Source of the DNA: Nitrospirota bacterium
Lineage (GTDB): Bacteria; Nitrospirota; Thermodesulfovibrionia; Thermodesulfovibrionales; JdFR-86
DNA length: 64,000 nucleotides
Direction: 5' to 3'
NCBI GenBank assembly: GCA_963721805.1
Contig: CAVRJY010000001.1
Location: forward strand, 640,001 to 704,000
The notes under the pieces are model-generated. The model was not told the DNA's origin. It saw only the letters and a program-made list of their open reading frames with translations, and searched no databases. The position numbers and the translations under genes were made by a program. Below, piece by piece: positions 1-9,313 of the stretch; positions within the stretch are counted from its first letter, which is position 1; every line of letters starts with the position of its first letter.

Positions 1-1
1 C

Positions 2-322
2 CTCGACGGCACGCACGGCGTCATCATACCCGCACGCAACGTCCGCAACCTCATGCTCAAAAAAGACGTCGTCGCTGCGGTGGCCGAGGGCAAGTTCAAG
101 ATACACTCCATCAACAGGATGGAGGAGGGGCTCGAGATCATCACCGGCGTGCCCGCCGGGGTGGCCGACGAAAACGGCGAGTACCCCGAGGGCACGATCA
201 ACAACCTCGTGATGAAACGCCTGACGCAGATCACCGAGGCGATGAAGCCGGCGAAGGACGAAGGCGAGGAGAAAAGCGACAAGAGTTCAACTGGCGGAGG
301 CGGATGCGACACCTGCCGCTGA
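2..322 (+). CDS. C-terminal end of Lon-family (S16) ATP-dependent protease, truncated by window start
   Basis: HGVIIPARNVRNLML...GKFKIHSINRMEEGLEIITG...GEYPEGTIN matches the LonC-type protease tail. Confidence 0.8.
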   Translation, partial: LDGTHGVIIPARNVRNLMLKKDVVAAVAEGKFKIHSINRMEEGLEIITGVPAGVADENGEYPEGTINNLVMKRLTQITEAMKPAKDEGEEKSDKSSTGGGGCDTCR

Positions 323-1164
323 CAGCCCTGCTTATCGCGCTCACGCTGCCGCTTGCCATCCTGCCGAAGGGGCTTGCGCTCAGGGCCGGAGAGGCCATTG
401 GCGGGTTGACGTTCCTGCTCTGGGGCTCGCGGCGGCGCATAGCAATATCAAACCTCGATGCCGCGATCAGGCGCGGCGCTATCAAGACGGACCAGACCGC
501 CCGTGCGATCATCCGGCAGAATTTCCGCAACATGGGCCGCTCGCTGGCCGAGCTCGTGAAGGTCTACTACGGGCTCGGGGACCGCATCGTTAAGTCGGTC
601 AGGGTCGAGGGGCTCGATCATTACCAGGCCGCGCTCGATAAGGGCAGGGGCGTGATCTTCGTCGGCGGCCACTGCGGCAACTGGGAACTGATGGTGCTGT
701 GCGTGGCCTCGAAGATCGGCCGGTTCCACGGCGTGGCGCGCAGGCAGAGCAACCCTTATGTCAACAATTTCATAATCAAGGCGAGAGAGAAGTACGGCTC
801 TGGCGTTATCTATAAATCCGGGGCGCTCAAGAAGTTCATCACGATACTCAAAAAGGGCGACGCGGTGGGCGTGCTCATAGACCAGTCGGTGATACCGGAA
901 GAGGGCGTGCTCGTGGACTTCCTGGGCGCTCCGGCATGGACCACGAAGACGCCCGCGCTGCTTGCGAGGAAGACCGGCGCTGCGATTCTCGCGGGGTTCA
1001 TGTACCGCACGCCCGAAGGCTATGTCATACGCATAAACCCGGAGACCGAACTTAGCGGCGACGAGGTCGAAGATACGCAAAAGTTAACGAGGTATATCGA
1101 GGAGTACGTTAGTTCTAACCCTGCGGACTGGCTTTGGATACATAGACGCTGGAAGCGCACGTAG
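304..1164 (+). CDS. Lipid A late acyltransferase (LpxL/HtrB family)
   Basis: GHCGNWE, LIDQS, VDFLG and C-terminal WLWIHRRWK motifs. Confidence 0.9.
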   Translation: MRHLPLTALLIALTLPLAILPKGLALRAGEAIGGLTFLLWGSRRRIAISNLDAAIRRGAIKTDQTARAIIRQNFRNMGRSLAELVKVYYGLGDRIVKSVRVEGLDHYQAALDKGRGVIFVGGHCGNWELMVLCVASKIGRFHGVARRQSNPYVNNFIIKAREKYGSGVIYKSGALKKFITILKKGDAVGVLIDQSVIPEEGVLVDFLGAPAWTTKTPALLARKTGAAILAGFMYRTPEGYVIRINPETELSGDEVEDTQKLTRYIEEYVSSNPADWLWIHRRWKRT

Positions 1165-1179
1165 CGCGTTCCCTTCTTC

Positions 1180-1367
1180 AAAGCGCTCCAAATCGCTTGA
1201 TACTGCGTTGGGCATCAAAGACTCGCCCTCTATGTACGTCTCAGTACACCATCGGGCGGTCTTCTTGCCCTGCCTTGTCTGAAGACGATTTGGGCGCGCT
1301 TTCGGGGGGTGCCACGGGCACCTCTCCTAAAAACCGCCCAGCCGCTGCACCCCCGCTCCCCCGTGGA
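1180..1367 (+). repeat. 123-bp hairpin element copy 1 (core 1180-1302) plus G/C tail
   Basis: AAAGCGCTCCAAATCG...CGATTTGGGCGCGCTTT imperfect terminal inverted repeat; nested stems GGGCA/TGCCC, AAGAC/GTCTT, CGCCC/GGGCG, TGTAC/GTACA. Confidence 0.95.
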
Positions 1368-1456
1368 TTTCAAATGTTATTGAGACAAAGGCATAAGCAA
1401 TATGAGAGGATATAATACGTCAAATATATTATGCCTTCTTAGGTATTCTGTTAGGG

Positions 1457-2044
1457 GTGGAAATGATTAACCTTGAAAACACAAAGCATGCTGTTATCAG
1501 TATCATCGGGCAACATGCTAGCGAATCCATGAATGATATTTTTCTGCGCAAGATAACCGATATAAACACTGTCGGTTTGAGTTACTGGCTTATTAAATCG
1601 CATCAGGCAAAACCTATCATGGTTCAGAGCATTTGCAATATGGCTAAAAGCATATTTCAGCCATGTCCTTGTTTTTTCATTGAAGCAGCAACTAAACAAG
1701 GCGCTGTCCCAACAAAGCATTCTGTTTTTGCATATGAATATTCAAAAGATTCGTTGCATTGGGAGCCATTTCCTAAAGGGTTAAGCCCTGTTACGGGAAA
1801 AATTGATACTACTTCTTATGCCCTAGTGTTCAATCAATTAGAGCTTGTTGACATGACGATTGACTTGTGGAATTATACTGACTTTCGCGATAAAGACAAC
1901 CCAATAAGGATCTATCAGGGGGCTTCAACCTTGTGCGCGGTTAAGCAAGATTTGAATAACCCTTTAGGAAAAATAAAATCACGGTACAGAAAAGTGGTAG
2001 CCGTAGGCATATTAGCCGATCCGTATTGTGTCTATCTTAAATGA
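1457..2044 (+). CDS. AT-rich hypothetical protein (cargo between repeat copies 1 and 2)
   Basis: 195-aa ORF, visibly much lower GC than flanks; no family recognised. Confidence 0.75.
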   Translation: MEMINLENTKHAVISIIGQHASESMNDIFLRKITDINTVGLSYWLIKSHQAKPIMVQSICNMAKSIFQPCPCFFIEAATKQGAVPTKHSVFAYEYSKDSLHWEPFPKGLSPVTGKIDTTSYALVFNQLELVDMTIDLWNYTDFRDKDNPIRIYQGASTLCAVKQDLNNPLGKIKSRYRKVVAVGILADPYCVYLK

Positions 2045-2106
2045 AACTATCGGGCTAACCAACATCCCGACCACACCCGCCATGTATAAGTTCCGATCAA
2101 ATCTAT

Positions 2107-2276
2107 TCCACGGGGGAGCGGGGGTCCAGCGGCTGTGCCGCGTCTAACCCCCGAAAGCGCGCCCAAATCGTCTTCAGACAAGGCAGGGCGAGAAGACCGC
2201 CCGATGGTGTACTTGGACGTACATAGAGGGCGAGTCTTTGAAGCCCAACGACGTATCAAGCGATTTGGCGCGCTTT
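2107..2276 (-). repeat. 123-bp hairpin element copy 2 (core 2154-2276), inverted relative to copy 1
   Basis: Reverse complement matches copy 1, including tail CAGCCGCTG.ACCCCCGCTCCCCCGTGGA. Confidence 0.95.
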
Positions 2277-2309
2277 AAAGAAGGTGACGTGAGCGGGTAA
2301 AGCTTCCGC

Positions 2310-2747
2310 TCACTCCCAGCTGTTGGTGTCCTTATCTTCCCCTTCTCCGCCCTGCTGTCCGTCACGTCCGTAAGAGGACATGTCGTATTCGCCGTGCGTG
2401 CCGGGGCAGACGTAGATATACGGCTTCCCCCAGGGGTCATTCGGCACCGCCTTGGGCAGGTACGGCCCGGCCCAGTTGGGCATGTTCGGGTTGCTCTGCA
2501 GCGAGGCCAGCCCCTCCTGGGTGGTGGGGTAGCGGCCTGTGTCGAGCCTCATCTGGTCTAGTGCGTGGCCCAACAGTTCGATCTGGGCCTTTGCAGCGGC
2601 GAGCTTGCTCGTGCCGACCTTCGGGAAGAGCTTGGGCCCGACGAGCGCGGCCAGAAGCCCGATTATTACCATAACTACGAGCAGCTCCACGAGCGTGAAG
2701 CCCCCGCGGCCCTTAACTCCGGTACTCAAGTCCTGTCTTAGTTTCAT
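2310..2747 (-). CDS. gspG: Type II secretion major pseudopilin
   Basis: GFTLVELLVV prepilin motif, YPTTQEGL, W.GPYL..VPNDPWG. Confidence 0.93.
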   Translation of the reverse strand: MKLRQDLSTGVKGRGGFTLVELLVVMVIIGLLAALVGPKLFPKVGTSKLAAAKAQIELLGHALDQMRLDTGRYPTTQEGLASLQSNPNMPNWAGPYLPKAVPNDPWGKPYIYVCPGTHGEYDMSSYGRDGQQGGEGEDKDTNSWE

Positions 2748-2898
2748 ATTCTAATTATAAAGCTATGCCCACGGTTTCATCAAGTGGGGAGCGGTTCCGC
2801 CTTCATATTTTATGCATATTTTGCACCCCCTCCTTTCTCTGTCAGCGCGGTTTCACATTTGATTTTAGGGTTTAAGCTTGGGTATCATTAAATTTCCC

Positions 2899-4098
2899 AT
2901 GGAAACCAAGCGGATTATAGAAGAATCGGCGGCTTACGTCATGAACACCTATGGCCGCTTCCCCCTTGTGATACGCAAGGGCCGGGGACTGACGGTCTGG
3001 AACCCGGAGGGCAAGGAGTACCTGGACTTCGTAGGCGGCATAGCTACCAACGTCTTGGGCCACTGCCACCCCAACGTCGTCGTCGCGATCCAGAAGCAGG
3101 CCCAGCGCCTGCTGCACGTCTCGAACCTCTACCATATAGAGCCTCAGGTGAAGCTCGCCAAGATGCTCGTCGAGAACTCCTTCGCCTCGAAGGCGTTTTT
3201 CTGCAACTCCGGGGCCGAGGCCAACGAGGCCGCGATCAAGCTCGCGCGCAAATACGCGGTCGAGCACCTGGGCAAGGACCGCCACACGATCATCACCGCT
3301 AAGGGCTCGTTCCACGGCCGGACGTACGGCGCTCTCTCGGCCACCGGGCAGGAGAAGTTCCACAAGGGGTTCGAGCCGATGCTGCCGGGCTTCGTGAATG
3401 TCCCGTTTAACGACGTCCCCGCGATCGAGAAGGCCATCGACAGGCATACCTGCGCGGTGCTGCTCGAGCCGATACAGGGCGAATCAGGGGTGCGCATCCC
3501 GGCCCCCGATTACCTTAAAAACGTACGCCGCCTCTGTGACGAGCACGGCGTCCTGCTGATACTCGACGAGGTCCAGACCGGCATGGGACGCACCGGGAAG
3601 CTCTTCGCATACGAGCACTTCGGCATAACGCCGGACATCATGACGCTTGCCAAGGGGCTCGGCGGCGGCATGCCGATAGGCGCGATGGTCGCGACCGAGA
3701 AGGTCAGCCAGGCGTTCAAGCCCGGAGACCACGCATCGACGTTCGGCGGAAACCCGCTGGCGTGCGCCGCGGCCGTGGCCACGCTCGAGACTATCCTCGA
3801 CAGCGGGCTGCTGCTGGACCAGTGCACCCGCATGGGCGCGCTGCTCAAAGAGAGGCTCCTGAAGATGAAGGAGGAGTTCTCGAGCGTCGTGGTCGAGGTG
3901 CGCGGGATGGGCCTGCTGGTTGGGATGGAACTCACGCACGAGTGCGGCCCGATAGTGAAGGCTTGCCTGGAGCACGGGCTGCTGATTAATTGCGCCTCGG
4001 GCAACGTCCTGCGCTTCATGCCCCCGCTGATCGTGCAGCCCAAGGATATCGAGCAGATGGCCGAGATACTCGAAGAAGTGATGGAGCGGGTCTCGTAG
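2899..4098 (+). CDS. argD: Acetylornithine aminotransferase
   Basis: NSGAEANEAA, SFHGRT, LDEVQTGMGRTG, AKGLGGG, HASTFGGNP; directly upstream of argF. Confidence 0.95.
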   Translation: METKRIIEESAAYVMNTYGRFPLVIRKGRGLTVWNPEGKEYLDFVGGIATNVLGHCHPNVVVAIQKQAQRLLHVSNLYHIEPQVKLAKMLVENSFASKAFFCNSGAEANEAAIKLARKYAVEHLGKDRHTIITAKGSFHGRTYGALSATGQEKFHKGFEPMLPGFVNVPFNDVPAIEKAIDRHTCAVLLEPIQGESGVRIPAPDYLKNVRRLCDEHGVLLILDEVQTGMGRTGKLFAYEHFGITPDIMTLAKGLGGGMPIGAMVATEKVSQAFKPGDHASTFGGNPLACAAAVATLETILDSGLLLDQCTRMGALLKERLLKMKEEFSSVVVEVRGMGLLVGMELTHECGPIVKACLEHGLLINCASGNVLRFMPPLIVQPKDIEQMAEILEEVMERVS

Positions 4099-4103
4099 CG
4101 GCG

Positions 4104-5003
4104 ATGAAGAGGGACTTCCTTACATTAAGGGACATTACGCCTGCCGAGATGGCGGCCCTGCTTGGGCGCGCCGCCGCGCTTAAGTCAGGCGCGGACAAGT
4201 CGAGCTGCCCCCTGATCGGCAAGAGCGTGGGGCTGATATTCGAGAAGAGCTCCACACGGACGCGCGTATCGTTCGAGACCGGCATATACCAGCTCGGCGG
4301 GCAGGCCGTGTTCATAAACTCCGGACAGAGCCAGATGGGCCGGGGCGAGACGCTCTCGGATACCGCGGCCATACTCTCAAGATACCTCCATGCCATCGTC
4401 ATCCGCACCTACGAGCACTCGAGGGTGCAGGAGATCGCCTCACACGCGACCGTGCCGGTGATAAACGGCCTTTCGGACATGCACCATCCCTGCCAGGCCC
4501 TGGGCGACATGCAGACGATAATCGAGCGCAAGGGCCGCCTCCAGGGCGTCAGGCTCGCATACATCGGCGACGGCAACAACGTCGCGCACTCTCTGATCGA
4601 GGCCGCGGTGATGGGCGGCATGGAACTTACGCTTGCGTGCCCGGCAGGATACGAGCCCAACCCCGGCATACTGAAGCGCGCCGAGGCCGAGGGCAAGGTC
4701 AGGCTTACGCGCGACCCCATGGAGGCCGCGAAAGGCGCCGACGTGCTCTATACCGACGTATGGGTGAGCATGGGCATGGAGGACGAGGCCGCGGAGCGCA
4801 GGAAGATCTTCGCCCCATACCAGATCAACGCGGCGCTCCTCTCGGCGGCCGCGCCGGATGCGATAGTGATGCACTGCCTTCCGGCCCACAGGGGCGAGGA
4901 GATCACGGACGAGGTCATGGACGGCCCCCGGAGCGCGGTCTTCGACCAGGCCGAAAACAGGCTCCATTCGCAGAAGGCCCTGCTGGAGTTCCTGATCAAA
5001 TAG
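4104..5003 (+). CDS. argF: Ornithine carbamoyltransferase
   Basis: STRTR, HPCQ, DVWVSMG, HCLP motifs. Confidence 0.97.
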   Translation: MKRDFLTLRDITPAEMAALLGRAAALKSGADKSSCPLIGKSVGLIFEKSSTRTRVSFETGIYQLGGQAVFINSGQSQMGRGETLSDTAAILSRYLHAIVIRTYEHSRVQEIASHATVPVINGLSDMHHPCQALGDMQTIIERKGRLQGVRLAYIGDGNNVAHSLIEAAVMGGMELTLACPAGYEPNPGILKRAEAEGKVRLTRDPMEAAKGADVLYTDVWVSMGMEDEAAERRKIFAPYQINAALLSAAAPDAIVMHCLPAHRGEEITDEVMDGPRSAVFDQAENRLHSQKALLEFLIK

Positions 5004-5019
5004 TGCTAGGCTTCTCCTT

Positions 5020-5652
5020 ATGGACGACAAGAAGCGCGTATCAAAGATCATCGCCCTCCTTAGAAAACAATACCCGGTACTGAAGTGCGCGCTGCACTAT
5101 AAAACCCCCTTCGAACTTCTCGTGGCCACGATACTCTCGGCCCAGAGCACCGACGTGCAGGTCAACAAGCTCACCCCTGCGCTGTTTGCGAGGTACCGCG
5201 ATATAAAGGACTATGCCGGGGCACCAATAGCCGAACTCGAGGCCGCGGTGGGCAGCGTTAATTTCTTCAGGAACAAGGCGAAGAACATACAGGCCTCGGC
5301 GCGCAAGATCGTCTCGGAGTTCGGGGGCGAGGTGCCGCGCACGATGGCCGAACTCATAACGCTGCCCGGGGTGGCGCGAAAGACCGCGAACATCGTGCTT
5401 TCGGAGGCCTTCGGCGTCGTCGAGGGGATAGCGGTGGACACGCATGTCCTGAGGCTCGCAGGGAGGCTCGTGCTCAGCGCCAACACCGATCCGGTGAAGG
5501 TCGAGCGCGACCTCATGGCGAGCGTCCCGCGCAAGGACTGGGCCGCATTGTCGCTCATGCTGATCTCGCACGGACGCGCGGTATGCGCGGCCAAGACCCC
5601 GCGCCATTCGGAGTGCGTGTTAGCGGAGATCTGCCCCTCCAGAAATATTTGA
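5020..5652 (+). CDS. nth: Endonuclease III
   Basis: LSAQSTD, HhH LPGVARKTAN, AVDTHV; Fe-S motif with second Cys replaced by His. Confidence 0.93.
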   Translation: MDDKKRVSKIIALLRKQYPVLKCALHYKTPFELLVATILSAQSTDVQVNKLTPALFARYRDIKDYAGAPIAELEAAVGSVNFFRNKAKNIQASARKIVSEFGGEVPRTMAELITLPGVARKTANIVLSEAFGVVEGIAVDTHVLRLAGRLVLSANTDPVKVERDLMASVPRKDWAALSLMLISHGRAVCAAKTPRHSECVLAEICPSRNI

Positions 5653-5672
5653 AATCGGATTTAAAATCTTAC

Positions 5673-5702
5673 TTGACTTATCCATGTGTGGAGAGCTATA
5701 GT
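5673..5702 (+). promoter_or_regulatory. Sigma70-type promoter preceding a structured intergenic region
   Basis: TTGACT-18 nt-TATAGT. Confidence 0.5.
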
Positions 5703-5746
5703 CTTTGTTGCCTTAACCTTGCTGGAAGGTTTTCGATCCGGATTGA

Positions 5747-5944
5747 CGGGTCGGGGCTCGGCGCCATGCGTAGAAATGGCGGGAGTGACATAAAGAGGGC
5801 CGGCCAGGTGAGAAAGGAGGCGATTGGAGAGGCGGAAGGACGCTTTTCGGACGGGACCCGGTGACAGGGGCGAGAGTAATCTCAACCGCCACGGCCGGAG
5901 GAGGGGAATCACCCGACGATAAGCGAGCTGATAAGCCCGGCCCG
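5747..5944 (+). ncRNA. Candidate structured non-coding RNA or long leader (unassigned)
   Basis: Closing stem CGGGTCGGG/CCCGGCCCG, inner stems GCTCG/CGAGC, CGCCAT/ATGGCG, GGCCG/CGGCC, GAGA-GTAA-TCTC tetraloop; many GGA motifs. Confidence 0.35.
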
Positions 5945-6090
5945 ATTGCGATAAATTTTTAGTTGACGCCTCAGGTTTTGATGTATAATTGACGCAGAAA
6001 ATGAATCCCGTAAACTTTCCTTGAAGGTTCTCGGGAAGAAGTGCCGCATGCACAAGGCATGCTGGATAAAGGAAAAAGGAGAGATCAGGA

Positions 6091-6735
6091 ATGAAGCATG
6101 TAGCAAAATTTCTTCTCGTAGGTATCCTTGCCATAGCGTTTCTGGCCGGTTGCGCCAAGCAGCCCACCCAGGAGATGAATGACACCAAGGCAGCAGTAGC
6201 AGCAGTCGTTGCAGACCAGGGCGACAAGTACTCCCCCGAGGAGACCAAGAAGCTCAACGACGACCTCGCAGCAGCCAACGCCGAAGTGAAGGTCCAGGAC
6301 GAGAAGTTCTTCAAGAACTACGACAAGGCCAAGGGCATGCTCGCCAAGGTCAAGGCTGATTCAGATGCAGTGAAGGCCGCCCTCCCGGCTAAGAAGGAGA
6401 AGGCGAAGCAGGATGCAATGGCAGCTCTCGACGCGGCCAAGACCGCCGCTGCCGACGCGAAGGCTCTTCTTGCAAAGGCCCCCAAGGGCAAAGGCACCAC
6501 GCAGGACATCGAGGCCATGAAGGCTGATATGGCCGGTATCGACGAGTCGCTCCCGCAGATCCAGGGCATGATCGACAACGGTGACTACTTCGGCGCGCTC
6601 GAGAAGGCCAAGGCCGTCTCCGACAAGGCCGCAGCCATCTCCGCCCAGATCACCGAGGCGATGGCCAAGAAGAAGGTAGCAGCCCCGAAGGCCGCCAAGA
6701 AGGCCGCCAAGAAGGCCAAGAAGGCAGCGAAGTAA
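6091..6735 (+). CDS. Helical lipoprotein with Lys/Ala-rich C-terminal tail
   Basis: Lipobox LAGC, Ala/Lys-rich helical body, ends ...KKAAKKAKKAAK; AGGAG RBS. Confidence 0.9.
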   Translation: MKHVAKFLLVGILAIAFLAGCAKQPTQEMNDTKAAVAAVVADQGDKYSPEETKKLNDDLAAANAEVKVQDEKFFKNYDKAKGMLAKVKADSDAVKAALPAKKEKAKQDAMAALDAAKTAAADAKALLAKAPKGKGTTQDIEAMKADMAGIDESLPQIQGMIDNGDYFGALEKAKAVSDKAAAISAQITEAMAKKKVAAPKAAKKAAKKAKKAAK

Positions 6736-6763
6736 GGAGCATTGACGGGAAGCCGACGGTTTC

Positions 6764-7861
6764 GTGATACGGGACCTGATTAGAAGTTTGCTGGCATTGA
6801 CGGTACTGCTGGCCCTCATGGGCTGCAGCACCCCGCCCGCACCTCCAGAGGTTGAGCAAGCCAGAGCTCAGGACCTCAACCTCTGGAGGGAGGGCGCAAA
6901 ACTCCACATCCCCCTTGAGTATTCCGAATACACGGCACGCCTCGATAAGGCGCGCGAGGACTTCGCCAGGGAGTCCGCCAAGCTCCCGATCCTGATAAGC
7001 TACAAGGCTGTCACTGCGGAATTCGCTAACGTCATCACCGACGGTGACGCGCTCATGGGAAGGCTCAAGAGCCTCAAGGCCCAGCGCGAGGCGCTCGTCG
7101 CGTCGCGCATTGCCGAGGTAGAGGATTCGCTCCGGCGCGTGGACGAGCTCAGCTCGATGCTCAACGAAAAGCGCCTGTCGAGCCGCAACATCACCAAGGC
7201 CGAGATATTGATCAAGGAGGCCAGGGGCTACAACGCGAACTATGCCTTCGACAAGGCCGACAAGGCGCTCTCGGAGGCCGGCGTGCTCATCGATTTCGCG
7301 AAGTGCTCGGTCGTGCCCCTCCTGAAGCGCTATGTCGACGTCTCCCACATCAATCAGTGGAAGCGCCAGGTGGACGAGACGGTCGCTGCCTCCTCCGCCA
7401 AAGGCTCATATGCTATCATTATCAGTAAGCTTGACCGCAGACTCATCCTTTATAAGGCCGGAAGGCCATACAAGACCTTCCGCGTCGGCATCGGGCGCAA
7501 CGGCGCCTCGGACAAGCTCCACTCCGGGGACATGGCGACCCCCGAGGGCAGGTACTACATAACGAAAAAGAACCCCCGGAGCAGGTACTACAAGGCCATG
7601 CTCATCAACTATCCCAACGAAGATGACCGCGCCAGGTTCGCCTCGGCCAAGCGCCGGGGCGTGATCGGGCGCTCGGCCGGCATCGGCGGGCTGGTCGAGA
7701 TACACGGAGGCGGCGACGACAGCATGACATACGGCTGCATTGCGCTCGACAACAACGACCTGGACGACCTATATAGGCTGGTTGGGGTAGGCACGCCGGT
7801 GACTATAGTGGGCGTGACGGGCATGGACCCGGCGCTTTGCTCAAAGATGGAGGGCATATAA
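6764..7861 (+). CDS. Lipoprotein with C-terminal YkuD L,D-transpeptidase-family domain, YafK/DpaA-like
   Basis: Lipobox LMGC; TPEGRY, NPRSRYYKAMLINYPNEDD, IHGG...TYGCI. Confidence 0.85.
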   Translation: MIRDLIRSLLALTVLLALMGCSTPPAPPEVEQARAQDLNLWREGAKLHIPLEYSEYTARLDKAREDFARESAKLPILISYKAVTAEFANVITDGDALMGRLKSLKAQREALVASRIAEVEDSLRRVDELSSMLNEKRLSSRNITKAEILIKEARGYNANYAFDKADKALSEAGVLIDFAKCSVVPLLKRYVDVSHINQWKRQVDETVAASSAKGSYAIIISKLDRRLILYKAGRPYKTFRVGIGRNGASDKLHSGDMATPEGRYYITKKNPRSRYYKAMLINYPNEDDRARFASAKRRGVIGRSAGIGGLVEIHGGGDDSMTYGCIALDNNDLDDLYRLVGVGTPVTIVGVTGMDPALCSKMEGI

Positions 7862-7864
7862 TCC

Positions 7865-8491
7865 GTGAAGGCTTTGAAATGGGCTCTCATAGCGGTCTTC
7901 TCGCTGTTCGTGCTGGTCGAGGCGGCCGGGTATATCGTCTCTATCCGCAGCGGCAGGCATACTGAGGCTGTCTCGGAGAAGCCGAAAGACCCAGCAGCCC
8001 TAATGGCGGCGAATACGAAGCTTGAGGCGAAGCTCCGCGCGCTTGCGCCCAAGGGCGTCTACATAGTGATCGATACCGGCGGCAGCCGGCTTTATATCAG
8101 AAACGGCAGCGACGTCGTGCGCGAATGCATCGTCTCAAGCGGCAACGGAAACGTGCTCGAAGACCCCGCGACCGGCAAGAAATGGACCTTCGACACCCCT
8201 AGAGGCGAGTTCACCGTAAAGTCCAAGGCCCGCGAACCGGTCTGGATCAAGCCCAACTGGGCGTTCGTCGAAGAAGGCGAGTCGGCCCCGAAGGATTACA
8301 AGGACAGGGCCGAGGCTGGCGTTCTCGGCGACTATGCCCTGGGGATAGGAAACGGTTTCTTCATGCATGGTACGCTCTATACCAGGCTCCTGGGGCGAAA
8401 CGTAACCCACGGCTGCGTCCGTATGGGCGATGAAGACCTGGAGGCGCTGTTTAAGGCGTCGCCGCTCGGGACCCATGTATACATATTCTAG
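7865..8491 (+). CDS. L,D-transpeptidase (ErfK/YbiS-like YkuD domain)
   Basis: TPRGEF, PVWIKP.W, HGT...LGRNVTHGCVRM catalytic His/Cys motif. Confidence 0.9.
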   Translation: MKALKWALIAVFSLFVLVEAAGYIVSIRSGRHTEAVSEKPKDPAALMAANTKLEAKLRALAPKGVYIVIDTGGSRLYIRNGSDVVRECIVSSGNGNVLEDPATGKKWTFDTPRGEFTVKSKAREPVWIKPNWAFVEEGESAPKDYKDRAEAGVLGDYALGIGNGFFMHGTLYTRLLGRNVTHGCVRMGDEDLEALFKASPLGTHVYIF

Positions 8492-8500
8492 GAAAAGGCG

Positions 8501-9199
8501 ATGAAGATGAAAGCCATATATATGATTGTCTCCGCGCTCGCAGCCGCGCTCGCGCTGTTCATCTGCGCGGCGCCGGCCAGGGCCGCGGCCGACGCTTACT
8601 CTGAAAACAGGCTGCTTCAGGCCGAGCTTGCGCTCGCGATGAAACCCGACATATATTTCATCGTGGACCTGGATGCGAACAAGGTCTACTTCAAGGCGCG
8701 GGGCATAGCGCTGAAGGAGATCGCGATTCTGGGCAAGAGGTTCTGGGGCAGGACCCCGGAGATCGAGGCCAGAGAGCTGATCGGGAAGTCCGTGCCGATA
8801 GTGAGAAAGCGTGAGGAAATCTCCTCTGACGACGAGCCGGTGCCGGGCGCGACCACTCAGCCCCCGGTGCTGAAAAACGCAGCGCCCGCGCCTAACGCAT
8901 CCGCGTTCGAGGTCAATGCCCTCGAACTCAGGGACATGCCCGCCTCTTACAGCATTAAATTCGAAAAGGGCATCAGCCTGGTCGTCCGGCCCGAGCCCGT
9001 TGGGGCGGGGCAGAAGGCCCTTTCGCTGGCCCGCAAGGCAGGGTGGTACGCCTATATGCCGGTGCTGACACTTTGGAAGACCGTGAAGAAAGAGCCCGTC
9101 AGGGTGGTCCAGATCACCCTTAACGCCAAGGACGCGCAGGCCCTGTACTGGGCGCTCCATGACGGGAACTCGGTGATCTTCTACGCGCCGCAGAAGTAA
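8501..9199 (+). CDS. Secreted protein, possibly catalytically dead YkuD-like fold
   Basis: Signal peptide (A-R-A); YFIVDLDANKVYFK and ITLNAKDAQALY resemble YkuD terminal elements; no His-Cys motif. Confidence 0.65.
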   Translation: MKMKAIYMIVSALAAALALFICAAPARAAADAYSENRLLQAELALAMKPDIYFIVDLDANKVYFKARGIALKEIAILGKRFWGRTPEIEARELIGKSVPIVRKREEISSDDEPVPGATTQPPVLKNAAPAPNASAFEVNALELRDMPASYSIKFEKGISLVVRPEPVGAGQKALSLARKAGWYAYMPVLTLWKTVKKEPVRVVQITLNAKDAQALYWALHDGNSVIFYAPQK

Positions 9200-9313
9200 G
9201 TAACAGCCAGTCGACTGCTTATTTAAAGCGCTCCAAATCGCTTGATACTGCGTTGGGCTGCGAAGACGCGCCCTCTATGTACGTCTCAGTACACCATCGG
9301 GCGGTCTTCTCGC

